Below, piece after piece: positions 33,531-45,139 of a DNA stretch of 64,000 bases (positions within the stretch are counted from its first letter, which is position 1; each line of letters opens with the position of its first letter). The stretch comes from Macrostomum lignano. Taxonomy: Eukaryota. Below the pieces are notes generated by a model, which searched no databases, was not told where the DNA came from, and saw only the letters and a list, made by a program, of their open reading frames with translations. The translations under genes and the position numbers were made by a program. The DNA lies in the NCBI GenBank assembly GCA_002269645.1, contig NIVC01000621.1, forward strand, positions 1-64,000, in the 5' to 3' direction.

Positions 33531-35687
33531 CAAATGTAAAAAGAAGCTTCATGCCTGACATAAAGGAGCCACTATAAAGCTAATGATATTATTGCACTAG
33601 CTACTTGTTGTCTTGGTAGATGCTTGATATTTAAGGATAGATTATTGCTATTAGGGGGATGTTTGCTATTGGAAAGATGCTTGCTATATGAGATAACTTA
33701 ATATTAGAGGATGCTTGCTCTTGGGATAGAGGGTACTTTTTATCTGAGAGGGGGTTTGCTATCTAGAAGATGCTTTTTGCTATTGTATTTAGGGAGGAGC
33801 TTGCTATTTGGGGGATGCTTGCTATTTAGGAGATATTTACATGCTGTTGTCTGGGATGTTTGCTGTCTTGGGATTTTTTGTTGTCTATTTTTTACTTGTA
33901 AAGAACAAAGATTCTATCTAGATATCCTTTATGGGGGGGGCAAAGATTGCTAGTTTTTTGTTATAATTAGGATAAGCAAGAAAGATAAATAATATCAGCT
34001 AAAAGGGTCTTTGATACAGCACAAAAAGGTCATTTATTGTCATAATGCAAAAGTCATTTATTATTGCAATATTATGCCTAGCTTAGACTTGAGAGCGTGG
34101 CTATGTAGGCAACTAGGTATACACTAGCATGATCTAGACTATAGCTATGTTGAAATTCAGATTCAGTTGGTTTTATTATTGATAGGTAGTCCTATGTATT
34201 AGCTATGTTATAAGTCAAAACTAAAGACAAATAAAAATAGTTATAGCTTAAAAACTTGGTATAAAAGAATCCAAAAGTGGCATAGTCATATTTGGGTAAT
34301 TAGGGGCTAGACCAAATCAGTAAATGAAATGATGAAACCAACCTAGGCCTAGTCCTAGGCCTTAATGAAAAAAATTTAAATCAAGAAAAATTGTCTTAGT
34401 AAATAGGCTTAGGGCCTTGGCTTAGGTTAGGTAGGCCTAAGCTAGGTATAAGTATAAGAATCTAGAATCTAGAGTTTACAAACAAGTCTAATGCTTATAT
34501 TATAGGCTGGGCCTAGTAGGCCTAGTAAATAAATCAATCAACTCAATTTCTTAGCTTAGGCCTAATTAAAATACATACTAATAAATTTAGAATATACAAC
34601 CAAACCTGATAAGCCCAGAATATAATTCAGGCAGAAAACCAAGCAAACAGCAAAGCAGCCAAGGCTTACTAAGGTAAGGTTTTATACTTTAGTTGTTAGT
34701 CTATATTATATAGGCGATAGGCCTAGACTTTACTTCAACTTTAACTCCAGCACAGCACTGAGCACTACAATGATATGTTCAAGGTTGCAGAATTTTATTT
34801 AACATTTTGGTGCAAACACAGGCCAAACCCAGATAGGCCATACCCTGAGCTAAGACTGCTAAGTCTGTTGTGTTAGGACTAGCACTTTTTCATTGTCTTA
34901 TATGTCGGCCATATTTTAATATTTTATGCATGGTAATTTTATGCATGGTCAAAAGTCCTTTAAGGAAATGGTCGAATAGGTACTAATGCCCATTTAAAGC
35001 AATTACAGTACGTATTATACATTATAAAAAAGCCAAATTTTAGGCTTTACTATCGCCTAGCTCCATTGTATTGTATTCTTTAACAATCGATTTCAGTTTT
35101 CAGTGGTTTCAGTATTAAGGTTAAAGCCAGTGCAGTGGGTGCTTGTTTTAGCACGATAAAATGCGCTTTAAAGTCATTAACTTTCAGATTAAAAAACTTT
35201 TAAATATCTTGTTTTAAATAAACAAGACTTTTACTTGATTGCTTGCTTGGGTGCTTTTAATTTGTTATACTAAATTAAGCGTGCGTTTTTAAATAACACT
35301 TATTCCTAGAACGGCGATTTTCGATTTCGCGGCTGAATAGGCGCGGAAATAAGGAACTTATAGTTGTGTGCAGTGCTCTTCGTCAGCCGTATTTCTGCAG
35401 TCTTTAAAAGACAGTTCATTTGTAAACTATTTGCAGATTCTATGTCTTGGATATAATATTCGATATATATGTTCGTATTCTAAATAGTATACGAACTTCA
35501 CGCTTGTAAGTTTTGATTGATCGTCTCTAGCTCTCTGCTTTGACTGTTTTCACCGTAACGGCGTAAGGCGTAACACCACGAATCGAAGTTCTAAGTCTAC
35601 GTAAGAATTTGTTACTTCTAAATTTTCTGATGTACAATATATGTTCTGCTGAACAAGAAAGTATAGACCAAAACAAAGTTATCAGCC

Positions 35688-37805
35688 ATGAACAGTTGTA
35701 ATAATCTGTCAACTAATTTGTATAAAAAATGTTTGAAGTGCAATACAATACTTAAGAAGTTGCACGCTAAGTTTTGTGCACGATGCGGACAAAAAGAGTT
35801 TTTTAAATACTATTGCTCGAAATGTTTGCTTTCTGCGTCGCCATGCCTACACCAAATTGATTTGTGGATGAAGAGCTGTATCTCATGTGAAGAGGAAGCC
35901 GATGAACTGGACAGCAAGTTTTGCTCCGAATGCGGTGAATCGAGTGGCTTTCAACTATTTTCTGCTGACTGCTCTGCAGAAACCACGACTTTACCCAAGC
36001 AAGAATCCTCAGAAAGTGCGAAATGTGTTGTCCAGGCTGCTCCGTTAGATGCTCAATATCAGTCGGCACCTGCGAATAAAACTTCTGGAGCTGCACCTGT
36101 AGTTCAGAATGCCACACCTCAGCCGGCTCCTACACCTGTTCAAGCTACACCTGTAGTTCAGAATGCCACACCTCAGCCGGCTCCTACACCTGTTCAAGCT
36201 TCACCTGTAGTTCAGAATGCCACACCTCAGCCGGCTCCTACACCTGTTCAAGCTACACCTGTAGTTCAGAATGCCACACCTCAGCCGGCTCCTACACCTG
36301 TTCAAGCTACACCTGTAGTTCAGAATGCCACACCTAAGCCGGCTCCTACACCTGTTCGAGCTACACCTGTAGTTCAGAATGCCACGCCTCAGCCGGCTCC
36401 TACACCTGTTCGAGCTACACCTGTAGTTCAGAATGCCACACCTCAGCCGGCTCCTACACCTGTTCGAGCTACACCAGTAGTTCAGAATGCCACACCTCAG
36501 CCAGCTCCTACACCTGTTCGAGCTACACCTGTAGTTCAGAATGCCACACCTCAGCCGGCTCCTACAACGGTTCGAGCTGCATCTGTAGTTCAGAATGCCA
36601 CACCTCAGCCGGCTCCTACAACGGTTCGAGCTACACCTGTAGTTCAGAATGCCACACCTCAGCCAGCTCCTACACCTGTTCGAGCTACACCTGTAGTTCA
36701 GAATGCCACACCTCAGCCAGCTCCTACAACGGTTCGAGCTGCATCTGTAGTTCAGAATGCCACACCTCAGCCAGCTCCTACAACGGTTCGAGCTGCATCT
36801 GTAGTTCAGAATGCCACACCTCAGCAAGCTCCTACACCTGTTCGAGCTACACCTGTAGTTCAGAATGCCACACCTCAGCCAGCTCCTACAACGGTTCGAG
36901 CTGCATCTGTAGTTCAGAATGCCACACCTCAGCCAGCTACAACTGCTGAAGCTGCACCTGTAGTTCAGCTTGCCACATCTCAGCCAGCTACAACTGCTGA
37001 AGCTGCACCTGTAGTTCAGCTTGCCACACCTCAGCCAGCTACAACTGCTGAAGCTGCACCTGTAGTTCAGCTTGCCACATCTCAGCCAGCTACAACTGCT
37101 GAAGCTGCACCTGTAGTTCAGCTTGCCACATCTCAGCCAGCTACAACTGCTGAAGCTGCACCTGTAGTTCAGCTTGCCACATCTCAGCCAGCTACAACTG
37201 CTGAAGCTGCACCTGTAGTTCAGCTTGCCACACCTCAGCCAGCCCCTACAACTGTTCGAGCTGCACCTGTAGTTCAGCTTGCCACACCTCAGCCAGCCCC
37301 TACAACTGTTCGAGCTGCACCTGTAGTTCAGCTTGCCACACCTCAGCCAGCTACAACTGCTGAAGCTGCACCTGTAGTTCAGCTTGCCACATCTCAGCCA
37401 GCTACAACTGCTGAAGCTGCACCTGTAGTTCAGCTTGCCACACCTCAGCCAGCTACAACTGCTGAAGCTGCACCTGTAGTTCAGCTTGCCACATCTCAGC
37501 CAGCTACAACTGCTGAAGCTGCACCTGTAGTTCAGCTTGCCACATCTCAGCCAGCTACAACTGCTGAAGCTGCACCTGTAGTTCAGCTTGCCACATCTCA
37601 GCCAGCTACAACTGCTGAAGCTGCACCTGTAGTTCAGCTTGCCACACCTCAGCCAGCCCCTACAACTGTTCGAGCTGCACCTGTAGTTCAGCTTGCCACA
37701 TCTCAGCCAGCCCCTACAACTGTTCGAGCTGCACCTGTAACTCGAACAGGTCAGTCTCAAAGTCAAGCTCAGCAGCTGCATTTAGATGTAAGTGCTTTTT
37801 CTTAA
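35688..37805 (+). CDS. Double-zinc-ribbon-like N-terminus plus about 31 Pro/Thr/Ala/Val/Gln tandem repeats (large exon; 3' end unresolved)
   Basis: CLKC...KFCARCG, YYCSKC, CISC...KFCSECG. 54-nt (18-aa) units PVVQNATPQPAPTPV(Q/R)AT followed by 51-nt (17-aa) units PVVQLATSQPATTAEAA. TTATCAG|CC precedes the ATG; a donor GTAAGT is at 37788. Confidence 0.65.
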   Translation: MNSCNNLSTNLYKKCLKCNTILKKLHAKFCARCGQKEFFKYYCSKCLLSASPCLHQIDLWMKSCISCEEEADELDSKFCSECGESSGFQLFSADCSAETTTLPKQESSESAKCVVQAAPLDAQYQSAPANKTSGAAPVVQNATPQPAPTPVQATPVVQNATPQPAPTPVQASPVVQNATPQPAPTPVQATPVVQNATPQPAPTPVQATPVVQNATPKPAPTPVRATPVVQNATPQPAPTPVRATPVVQNATPQPAPTPVRATPVVQNATPQPAPTPVRATPVVQNATPQPAPTTVRAASVVQNATPQPAPTTVRATPVVQNATPQPAPTPVRATPVVQNATPQPAPTTVRAASVVQNATPQPAPTTVRAASVVQNATPQQAPTPVRATPVVQNATPQPAPTTVRAASVVQNATPQPATTAEAAPVVQLATSQPATTAEAAPVVQLATPQPATTAEAAPVVQLATSQPATTAEAAPVVQLATSQPATTAEAAPVVQLATSQPATTAEAAPVVQLATPQPAPTTVRAAPVVQLATPQPAPTTVRAAPVVQLATPQPATTAEAAPVVQLATSQPATTAEAAPVVQLATPQPATTAEAAPVVQLATSQPATTAEAAPVVQLATSQPATTAEAAPVVQLATSQPATTAEAAPVVQLATPQPAPTTVRAAPVVQLATSQPAPTTVRAAPVTRTGQSQSQAQQLHLDVSAFS

Positions 37806-38724
37806 TGTTTTTACTTTTGATTAGAAATCTGCAGGCAACTTTAACACCTTTATGAAATATATACCAAGTGGCGCAGGTATAGCTTTTTGCAGCCCAATGG
37901 GTAGCACACATTGAATTTAATCCAAGGTCTGTTTGCTAAAGTGATGGAGTTTTTGTCTATGGTAGCAAGATATGGTGGCACAGTAGCACTTAATTTGTCC
38001 ATAGCGGCTATGTAACCCAACCACGAGTTACAGCTGTGTAATGCAATTAATTTGAGCTATTGTCACTGTACCAACACCGGGTAATTACCTCTCATAAATT
38101 CATAATCGTAGAATATGATAGTATTTGGATGAGCTGAATCCGCCTTGATGTAATTCCGGAATCCGAGCTCCATTTTGTAACCGCGTACCATCCATATAAT
38201 GATGGGCGCCTGTTGTTGGAAATTCAGTCCATTAACGTCGAGTAGACTGCACCATTAATGCAGTTATTGATCGTTTTCTTCGAGTCCGAATCTTGAGTCC
38301 AGTCTCATCCAGATAAATTCGATGAACCACTGGATCAAGAATGGTAGGCCATTCGGAAAACTCTTGCCTTCTCTCAACCATCTGCAGGCTGTTGCGTACC
38401 GCTGGAATTCAGCGTCTCTACCAACAATTTTCAATGTTTATCGGTCGCTTTTCAGAGCTCTACTGATAATCGAAAGCTTACAACTAACTGGAACTATTCG
38501 CTCAACTTCTGCTGCATTTGCTGCAACCTTAACAATTAAGTGCTTGTCTCAAATGCATCCAGTAGCAGTTGGACCTGTCAAGACTCCAGCAAATTGCTTT
38601 GGTGATTGAACCTTTTTCAATTGTACTGCACATTAAGTGATTCTGGGTGATGTCTTATGATCACACTACGAGCTACGAGTACATGTACACGTACGAGTAT
38701 GAGAGCTGTTTCAAAGTCTAGTCC

Positions 38725-38915
38725 GCAAGACACTAAATCTTTATTGCTTCAGTTCACCCAGCTGTAAAATGGGTGCCAGCATTAGCTGGGGTAATTGAGG
38801 GTGTGTGTGGCGACCCGCCAGTCCTTGGACTGAACAGCCGTATGAGCCTTCAGATGCAACGCGCAATAGCTGCGGTCCATTAAGGTGGGTGTAATCCAAC
38901 ATTATTTGTATTATT
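38725..38915 (+). mobile_element. 5'-truncated CORE-like SINE (family 2)
   Basis: Homologous to 23906-24141: GCTTCAGTTCACCCAGCTGTAAAATGGGTGCCAGCATTAGCTGGGG... Confidence 0.75.
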
Positions 38916-38981
38916 ATATTCATGTGATTTCATTCATTCTAGCAGAATTACCCTGTCAAGACGGCAGGGCCGACTTCCTCC

Positions 38982-41900
38982 ATGGGAAACTTTGTTCGTA
39001 GCCAATCAATGCGCGGCAGTCGCAGCAGGGGTTATGGTGCTCTAAGGTAAGATATTGTTGCATTGTGATGCTGTCGCTTGGCTTGCATTCATATTTGTTA
39101 CTAATCAGTAGCTAGTGAGTGCCTCTGTTGCTGTATTTTTGCGTCAGAAATCAAGCTGTCAATTGTTATCAACAGTTGCCATTTATAGATATAGGAAAAT
39201 TCCTTTCTAAAATCAGTTTAGATTGTAGTCACTCGTGAAACTGACATTATAGCGATGGCAAACAATTTTTTGGTAACTACGTTGACCAAGCTAAAGCTTA
39301 AAAGTCTAGGCGTAAATTTAACAAAAGGCAGTTGTTAAATGTCCGGTGACCGGACGAATAGCGATGTGGTTATTTGTCCGGTTACTGGATAATGGCCATG
39401 CTTTCCCGTTCATCTGGTTAATACCGGACAAATAGGCTTTATTATTTGACCGGTTAAATTGATAATCCTAAAATATCTATTTTATAGAACTACAAGGGTG
39501 ATCCTAGACTTCAAAGACTTCTTACTCGTATCTTGATTATTATGTTGTTATACTAGTGTTTGTCTTATACACCAAATTATGCCGAATTGAATACACTGCT
39601 TTTCTTATACATGTACACTAGTGTCTACTAGTATACAACAAAATATTAATCAGTATACGTGAAAAAGTCTTAAAAATCTAGAATATTCATCAGTTAGCAA
39701 TTTGACCGGACAAATAGTAAAAAGGCTATTCGTCCGGTCACCGGACAAATAACGACTGCCTTAACAAAACGGAATACCTGGAACTTTAATGACATCAAGC
39801 AGAGAACTTAAAAAACCTGCTCAAAAACCCCATGCAGGCGTCCTCAACCTTCCTACCACGAGAGTCTGGAAGAGTGTCGCGGCTGGATCGAGGCCACCAT
39901 GAAGACAGTGCTAAGCATGTCCGATGCAGCCGATCTCAGTGGCGACTCGAGTGTCCGTCTGGCAAGCGTGAGCCGCGAAGTGGAAGAACGGTGGAGCAAC
40001 GTGAGCACCGTTTCTTGGCTTGGACGGCAACTTGTCAAGGGCAATTCTGGTAACGTTGAACTGTGCGGTGAGATAGATCAGCAGGTGCGACACCTAAAAG
40101 AGAGCTATGCCGGACTGAAAGAAGCGATTGAGCATCTGCATCTGCAGGTGAGGGCTTTTCGATCGATCAATCAAAGTACTAGTAAAGCTGCTTTAATCGC
40201 TTGAAAATTACTTTACAACTGCTCTGACACACGTTCAAAGTTTATTAACAAGTTGATGATGGATGCTTAAAAATATCTTATAATGATCAATGTAGATGCT
40301 ACATTTTGAGAAAACTATCGCCCTTCCAGCTGTCGCATACCGGCGACTCCAGCCATCGTTCCGACAACTGGAAGACAACCTCAGAAGCTGTCACACCGGC
40401 ACAGGTAAGGATAAAAATGAGTCTTCATTGAGTTCTATTCAGTAATATTTGTGTCCTAAATTATACATCGAGAATTCCTTTTGTACTGTTTATTTCAGAC
40501 AAGTTTCATGCAGTCTCTGCCGGCTCAAGCTGAGGCTGTAATGAACCGGCAAGGGCCTCAGCAACTTTCAGATGGACGTGTTAGCTCTCAAGGTGCCGAG
40601 GCTATAGTTAAAGAAGACACAAATTTCCATCAACAGTTTCACCGATCCGGCTCATTTCGCGATCGACGCCATCAAAATTTTCGTAGAAAGCAACATGCGG
40701 ATAGGCAGCAGCAACGACAGCCGCCAACTCTTTACGAAGAGGAAGCGGCCGCCCCACCGGATTTCGGCGAGGCAGCCCAAATGCGCGAACAGTTTTCCAT
40801 ACGACTGAGGCAGTGTACAACTCAGATAGAACAGACCATGACTGCTATCTTGAACGAAGCTTCAGCGCAGGATGCCGAAAAATCGAGTCAGCCTTTTAAT
40901 CCAAAAAGAGCAGGCCTGTTTCAGATGTTTGCACCGTCTCCATCCATGCAACAACAGGAGCAGCGGATGCAACAGCACCAAAGTCAGTTGCTGGAGCAAC
41001 AAGATAAACGACTAAACGATTTGTGCTCCGAGACTGACAGACTCAAAACTAGAGTTGACGAAGTCGGTCGATTGGCTCAACAAATTATGAAGCTAAATCC
41101 CAGAAACCGTTACGAGATCAAACAGCAGGTGGATCAGCTTAAGCACAGCTACGGTGTGCTCAAAGAGATCGCGAAGCAGATTCGGGTATGCTCATTTACG
41201 TTTTTCATCTTTTATTCTTTCAGAAAATTTGCTCATTTTTCCTTCCATTTCTTGCAGGAGAAGTGCAAAAGACGTTTTGACTGCGGCCACACTGAAGAAC
41301 TTGACTGGCGCACTTCCTGTCGGCGAATGAACAATCGATTTTGCTCCAAGTGCTGGTCACTGGCGTCCCAGATTCACACGGAGCGGCTGGCTGACGGCAG
41401 TCGGGACGGCAGAGGCGGCACCGAGCGTACCGAGCTAAACGAAGACAGCGAAGAGACCGCTTTGGAATACGTTAAAATCCACGATAGAGTAATGCGCTAC
41501 ATAAAACCGGAGCACAAAATCAGTGTCCAAGTGAAAAGCATTGAAAGGATTGTTAATCCAACTCTGGATGGGCGTCTGTACAATGTGTATAATGAACTGT
41601 TTAAAAAAAATTGCTCCCCAGAACTGCTCATTCACGGAACTTCCGGCAGTAGCGCTGAGAGCATCATCAAGGATGGATTTCGCATCGGATCTAAAGGCAT
41701 GTTTGGTGCTGGTGTCTATTTTGCCACCGACACTACAAAGAGCGCCCAGTACTGTAGGGAGAGCGGAGTGAAGACTCTGCTATTGTGCGAGGTTGTTCTT
41801 GGCAAGACAATGCTATGCAAAGCACCCAGACATGACCTGACCTTGGATTCGATTCGAGCTGCCGGCTACGATTCTGTGTTTGCTAAAAGAAATACCAAGA

Positions 41901-41983
41901 AAACTGGAGGAGTCGTCAATGATGAGTACATAGTGTACCGGCCAGAGCAGGCCACGCCGAGGTACCTGGTTAAGTTCACGTGA
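38982..41983 (+). CDS. ART gene A: MGN start, two spectrin-like repeats, Cys/His cluster, PARP-type catalytic domain (about 620 aa, 5 exons)
   Basis: Exons 38982-39046, 39838-40147, 40330-40404, 40499-41185 and 41258-41983 join in frame with GT/AG. Spectrin-like YHESLEECRGWIEAT...EIDQQVRHLKESY. ART motifs LIHGTS, GMFGAGVYFATDTTKSAQY, LLLCEVVLGK, NDEYIVYRPEQATPRYL. Confidence 0.8.
39327..39760. mobile_element. Mutator-like MITE (434 bp) in intron 1 of ART gene A
   Basis: About 35-bp TIRs GGCAGT(T/C)GTTA..TGTCCGGTGACCGGACGAATAGC. Perfect 9-bp TSD TTAACAAAA at 39318-39326 and 39761-39769. Confidence 0.85.
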
Positions 41984-42842
41984 AATTTGCACTGAAATTT
42001 TTCGCGTCCACATTTCCATGTGACAGATGTTTTTTTCAGTTTGCGTTTTTACCGCTTTCTTGTCGAGGTTTTTTGGCACTTTTTAATCTAAATTCCAAAA
42101 GCCACAAATGCGAGTTATCTTTCTAAACCAAGGCATACTATTGCTGCACAGGGAGAGTGACAAATTGACTGCCGCAATTCGACTGTCACAAATTGACTGC
42201 CGATGATCGACGTTAGGGTTTAGGAATTAGGGTTCTGTCTATGGTTTAATGTAGGTTTCGGTAGGGTTGGGTTCAGGTTATTGTTTAGCAGTCAATTCGT
42301 GGCAGCAATATTATCGTTAGTCAAATAATGGCTTTTCAGACCAAAATTCACCACCCTTTTATGCCGTTTCCCAGTACACAAAATCTATAGCTTGAAAAAG
42401 GTGCATTAATGCGTTTTTTCAGATCCAGAGTGTTACCACGTTTTTCTATTCTTTATTCATTTGCTTATTTAATTGTGAGCGTTTTGCGAGTTGCATGTTA
42501 TCAATTCATTGACCGTTTGTGTATAATGCGTTGCGACACCCTCAATACTTGTTAAAAACATTTTGTTGCGTGGTGTATTTTAAATTGCAGTTGATTTTTA
42601 TGTTATTTCTGACGTTTAGAAAAAATTTTTATTCCGAACACAAATATTTATGCTTTCCGAGATACCGTCTGCTTTCTGGTGGTACACAAGGATGTGCTTA
42701 ACTTTACTTAATTAAAAAGTGTTTTCCGAGTACTATATGCCCCAGCATCGCTTTGAATTTATCCATTACATGTATAACAACTTGGACTGTCTACTGCATA
42801 ATGCTTAGCGTGTTAGCTTTTTTTAGTCATTGGCTATAAGAA

Positions 42843-43575
42843 CAGTGTCGGATCTAGAATTTCATTTGGGGGTGGGGGGCGGTCCAAGTTTGGGGCGCCA
42901 ACATATGTATTGCAATATGAGGGGCGCCAATTTTAACCTTGGGGCGCAAAAATGCGTGTAGGGGGCGATAAAGCTTAGGGTCGCAAAAAATGCGTGTAGG
43001 GGGGGAATCAAGCTTAGGGTCGCAAAAAATGCGTGTAGGGGGGGAATCAAGCTTAGGGTCGCAAAAAATGCGTGTAGGGGGGGGGGGGGGAATCAAGCTT
43101 GGGTCGCAAAAATGCGTGTAGGGGGGGGGAATCAAGCTTGGGTCGCAAAAAATGCGTGTAGGGGGGGAACCAAGCTTAGGGTCGCAAAAAATGCGTGTAG
43201 GGGGGGGGGGAGTCAAGCTTAGGGTCGCAAAAAATGCGTGTAGGGGGGGGAATCAAGCTTAGGGTCGCAAAAAATGCGTGTAGGGGGGGGGAGTCAAGCT
43301 TAGGGGCGCAAAAAATGCGTGTAGGGGGGGTGGGGAATCAAGCTTAGGGGCGCAAAAAATGCGTGTAGGGATGGGGGAGTCAATCTTAGGGTCGCAAAAA
43401 ATGCGTGTAGGGGGGGGCGAAAAATCAAGCTTAGGGGCGCAAAAAATGCGTGAAGGGGGCGAAAAATCAAGTTTAAATGGCGCAAACTTATGTTTTTAGG
43501 GGGCGCATTATGTTCTATCAAGCTGTTTCGGGGAAGAGCGGCCGCCCCCCGCCCCCTCTCCTAAATCCACCCCTG
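42843..43575. mobile_element. hAT-like non-autonomous element containing an internal array of about 40-bp units
   Basis: Ends CAGTGTCGGATCTAG and CTAAATCCACCCCTG. Internal repeats GGGTCGCAAAAAATGCGTGTAGGGGGGGAATCAAGCTTA at 42930-43480. TSD only partly conserved. Confidence 0.6.
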
Positions 43576-43751
43576 GCTAAGAGCATCTGCTAGATGTAAC
43601 CAGAGCAAATTCTAAAAAGCATTTGTCTTCAACAATTCAGCTATAACGGCTACAGCTACTGTTTTAGCGAGTTCCATCTCTTTAATACAAACAGTACAGC
43701 TATCAGCTCATTCCAAGTTAAAAAAACTATTGCACTTTGTATGCTCTAGAC

Positions 43752-43936
43752 CAGGGGTTGGCAAACCCCTGAAAGGCTAGATAGAGAACCTAGCTCATGA
43801 CTGCGGGTCAGAGGAGAGGAGAGAAAAGAGACTTCAGACTCGACTAGAGAGCTGAGAAGAGACGCAAACCGTGAGCAGGCCGAACTGCTATTGTGAAATT
43901 TCAAAGGACCCTCTGGCCGGAGTTTGTCGACCCCTG
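43752..43936. mobile_element. hAT-type MITE (185 bp)
   Basis: TIRs CAGGGGTTGGCAAAC / GTTTGTCGACCCCTG. Left flank CTCTAGAC, right flank CTC[CACT]TAGAC. Confidence 0.65.
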
Positions 43937-45139
43937 CTCCACTTAGACGTTCGCGCTAAGTTGGTTTATTAATAATGCGCTAACGCATTGGGTCGCGTGA
44001 TGAAGTACTACCAACCAGGGAGCTTACTATCCATAACAACCTTCGGCTTTTGAGGTTGATGAACAAACTATATCCCTAGCCCACACCGTCACAAAAAGAT
44101 TTTTAACTGCCGAGATAACATCCGCGATTTCCATCTCTTTGCATCTTAGCAACTATTTAAATGTAACAATTATTGGTCAGACTGGTCTACCAAATTGCAC
44201 TTGTTGTCATTTGATACTGAGTGTAAGTTAATTTTGCTTCGTGCTTATGCTGCATAAAGCTTTCTCTTACTACTGTAAGTGCACAACATCGTGTAAATGT
44301 ACATAACTTCTATTAGCTAGCAATCTCTACACGAATGACGTAATTAAGGAACGTCCTGTGGCGCTGTGCTCTTTAATGTGACCTACTAAAACCATTACTA
44401 TTATTATGACGGGTCTTCGACTATATACAATGTAATTGTAAGTGAAAGTACTTAGAAAAAACAAATATATATTTATAAAGCATTTGCTTGCAAAAATTAT
44501 TGACAGATTTTTTTAGACTTTATTTTACGCACCGCAGTGTAGAATACCTTTGTATAAAAAGCAGTGGCGTACGCAGGAATTTTATTTGGAGGGCTTACCC
44601 CACTAACCCTCCAAAAAGAGGCACCGATATTTGTTTAATTCTCAGTGGGCGCTCTTTCTCTTGGTGAGCGCCCCTGTGTCTTGATACAGGCGCCCCTCTC
44701 TGTGGGTGAGCGCCCCTGTGTCTTGATACAGGCGCCCCTCTCTGTGGGTGAGCGCCCCTGTTTCCCTGTCTCTTGGTTTGGGCGCTCCTATACCCCCTTG
44801 TCTCCTAGGACGATACAATCAGCTTACGAGCGTATGAAAGACAGAAAAGAATTGAATAAAAATCAAATCATTGCCTTGAAGAGTTCTTAATTAGAATATT
44901 TTTAAGTTGTAAAGCATGCAAAAAAACTTTATGGAGTTTCTCCTTTCTATTATAAATGTAGTTCTAATTCTAGCTCGTAAAAGAGAGTGCAATAAGTTAT
45001 TCAACCTTGTCCAACGTTGAAGGAAATATTTGTTTTAATAACAGTTTGTCTTTAGTCTTGTGTCAAATTGTCTCAATCAGTTACCACTTGAAAATTAGCT
45101 AACTAAAAATAGTGCGATAAGTAAATTCAGACTTTACAT

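Noticed and set aside
36201-37781. 526-aa Cys-rich antisense ORF
   Set aside because: It is the shadow of the plus-strand repeat ORF and has no unique domain of its own.
35688-41983. Single gene joining the zinc-ribbon repeat ORF to ART gene A
   Set aside because: Gene A has its own ATG exon (38982) whose phase matches its exon 2. The phase-0 donor at 37788 does not match that phase-2 acceptor, and the nearest acceptor (37834) gives a stop within 7 codons. Not excluded, but unsupported.
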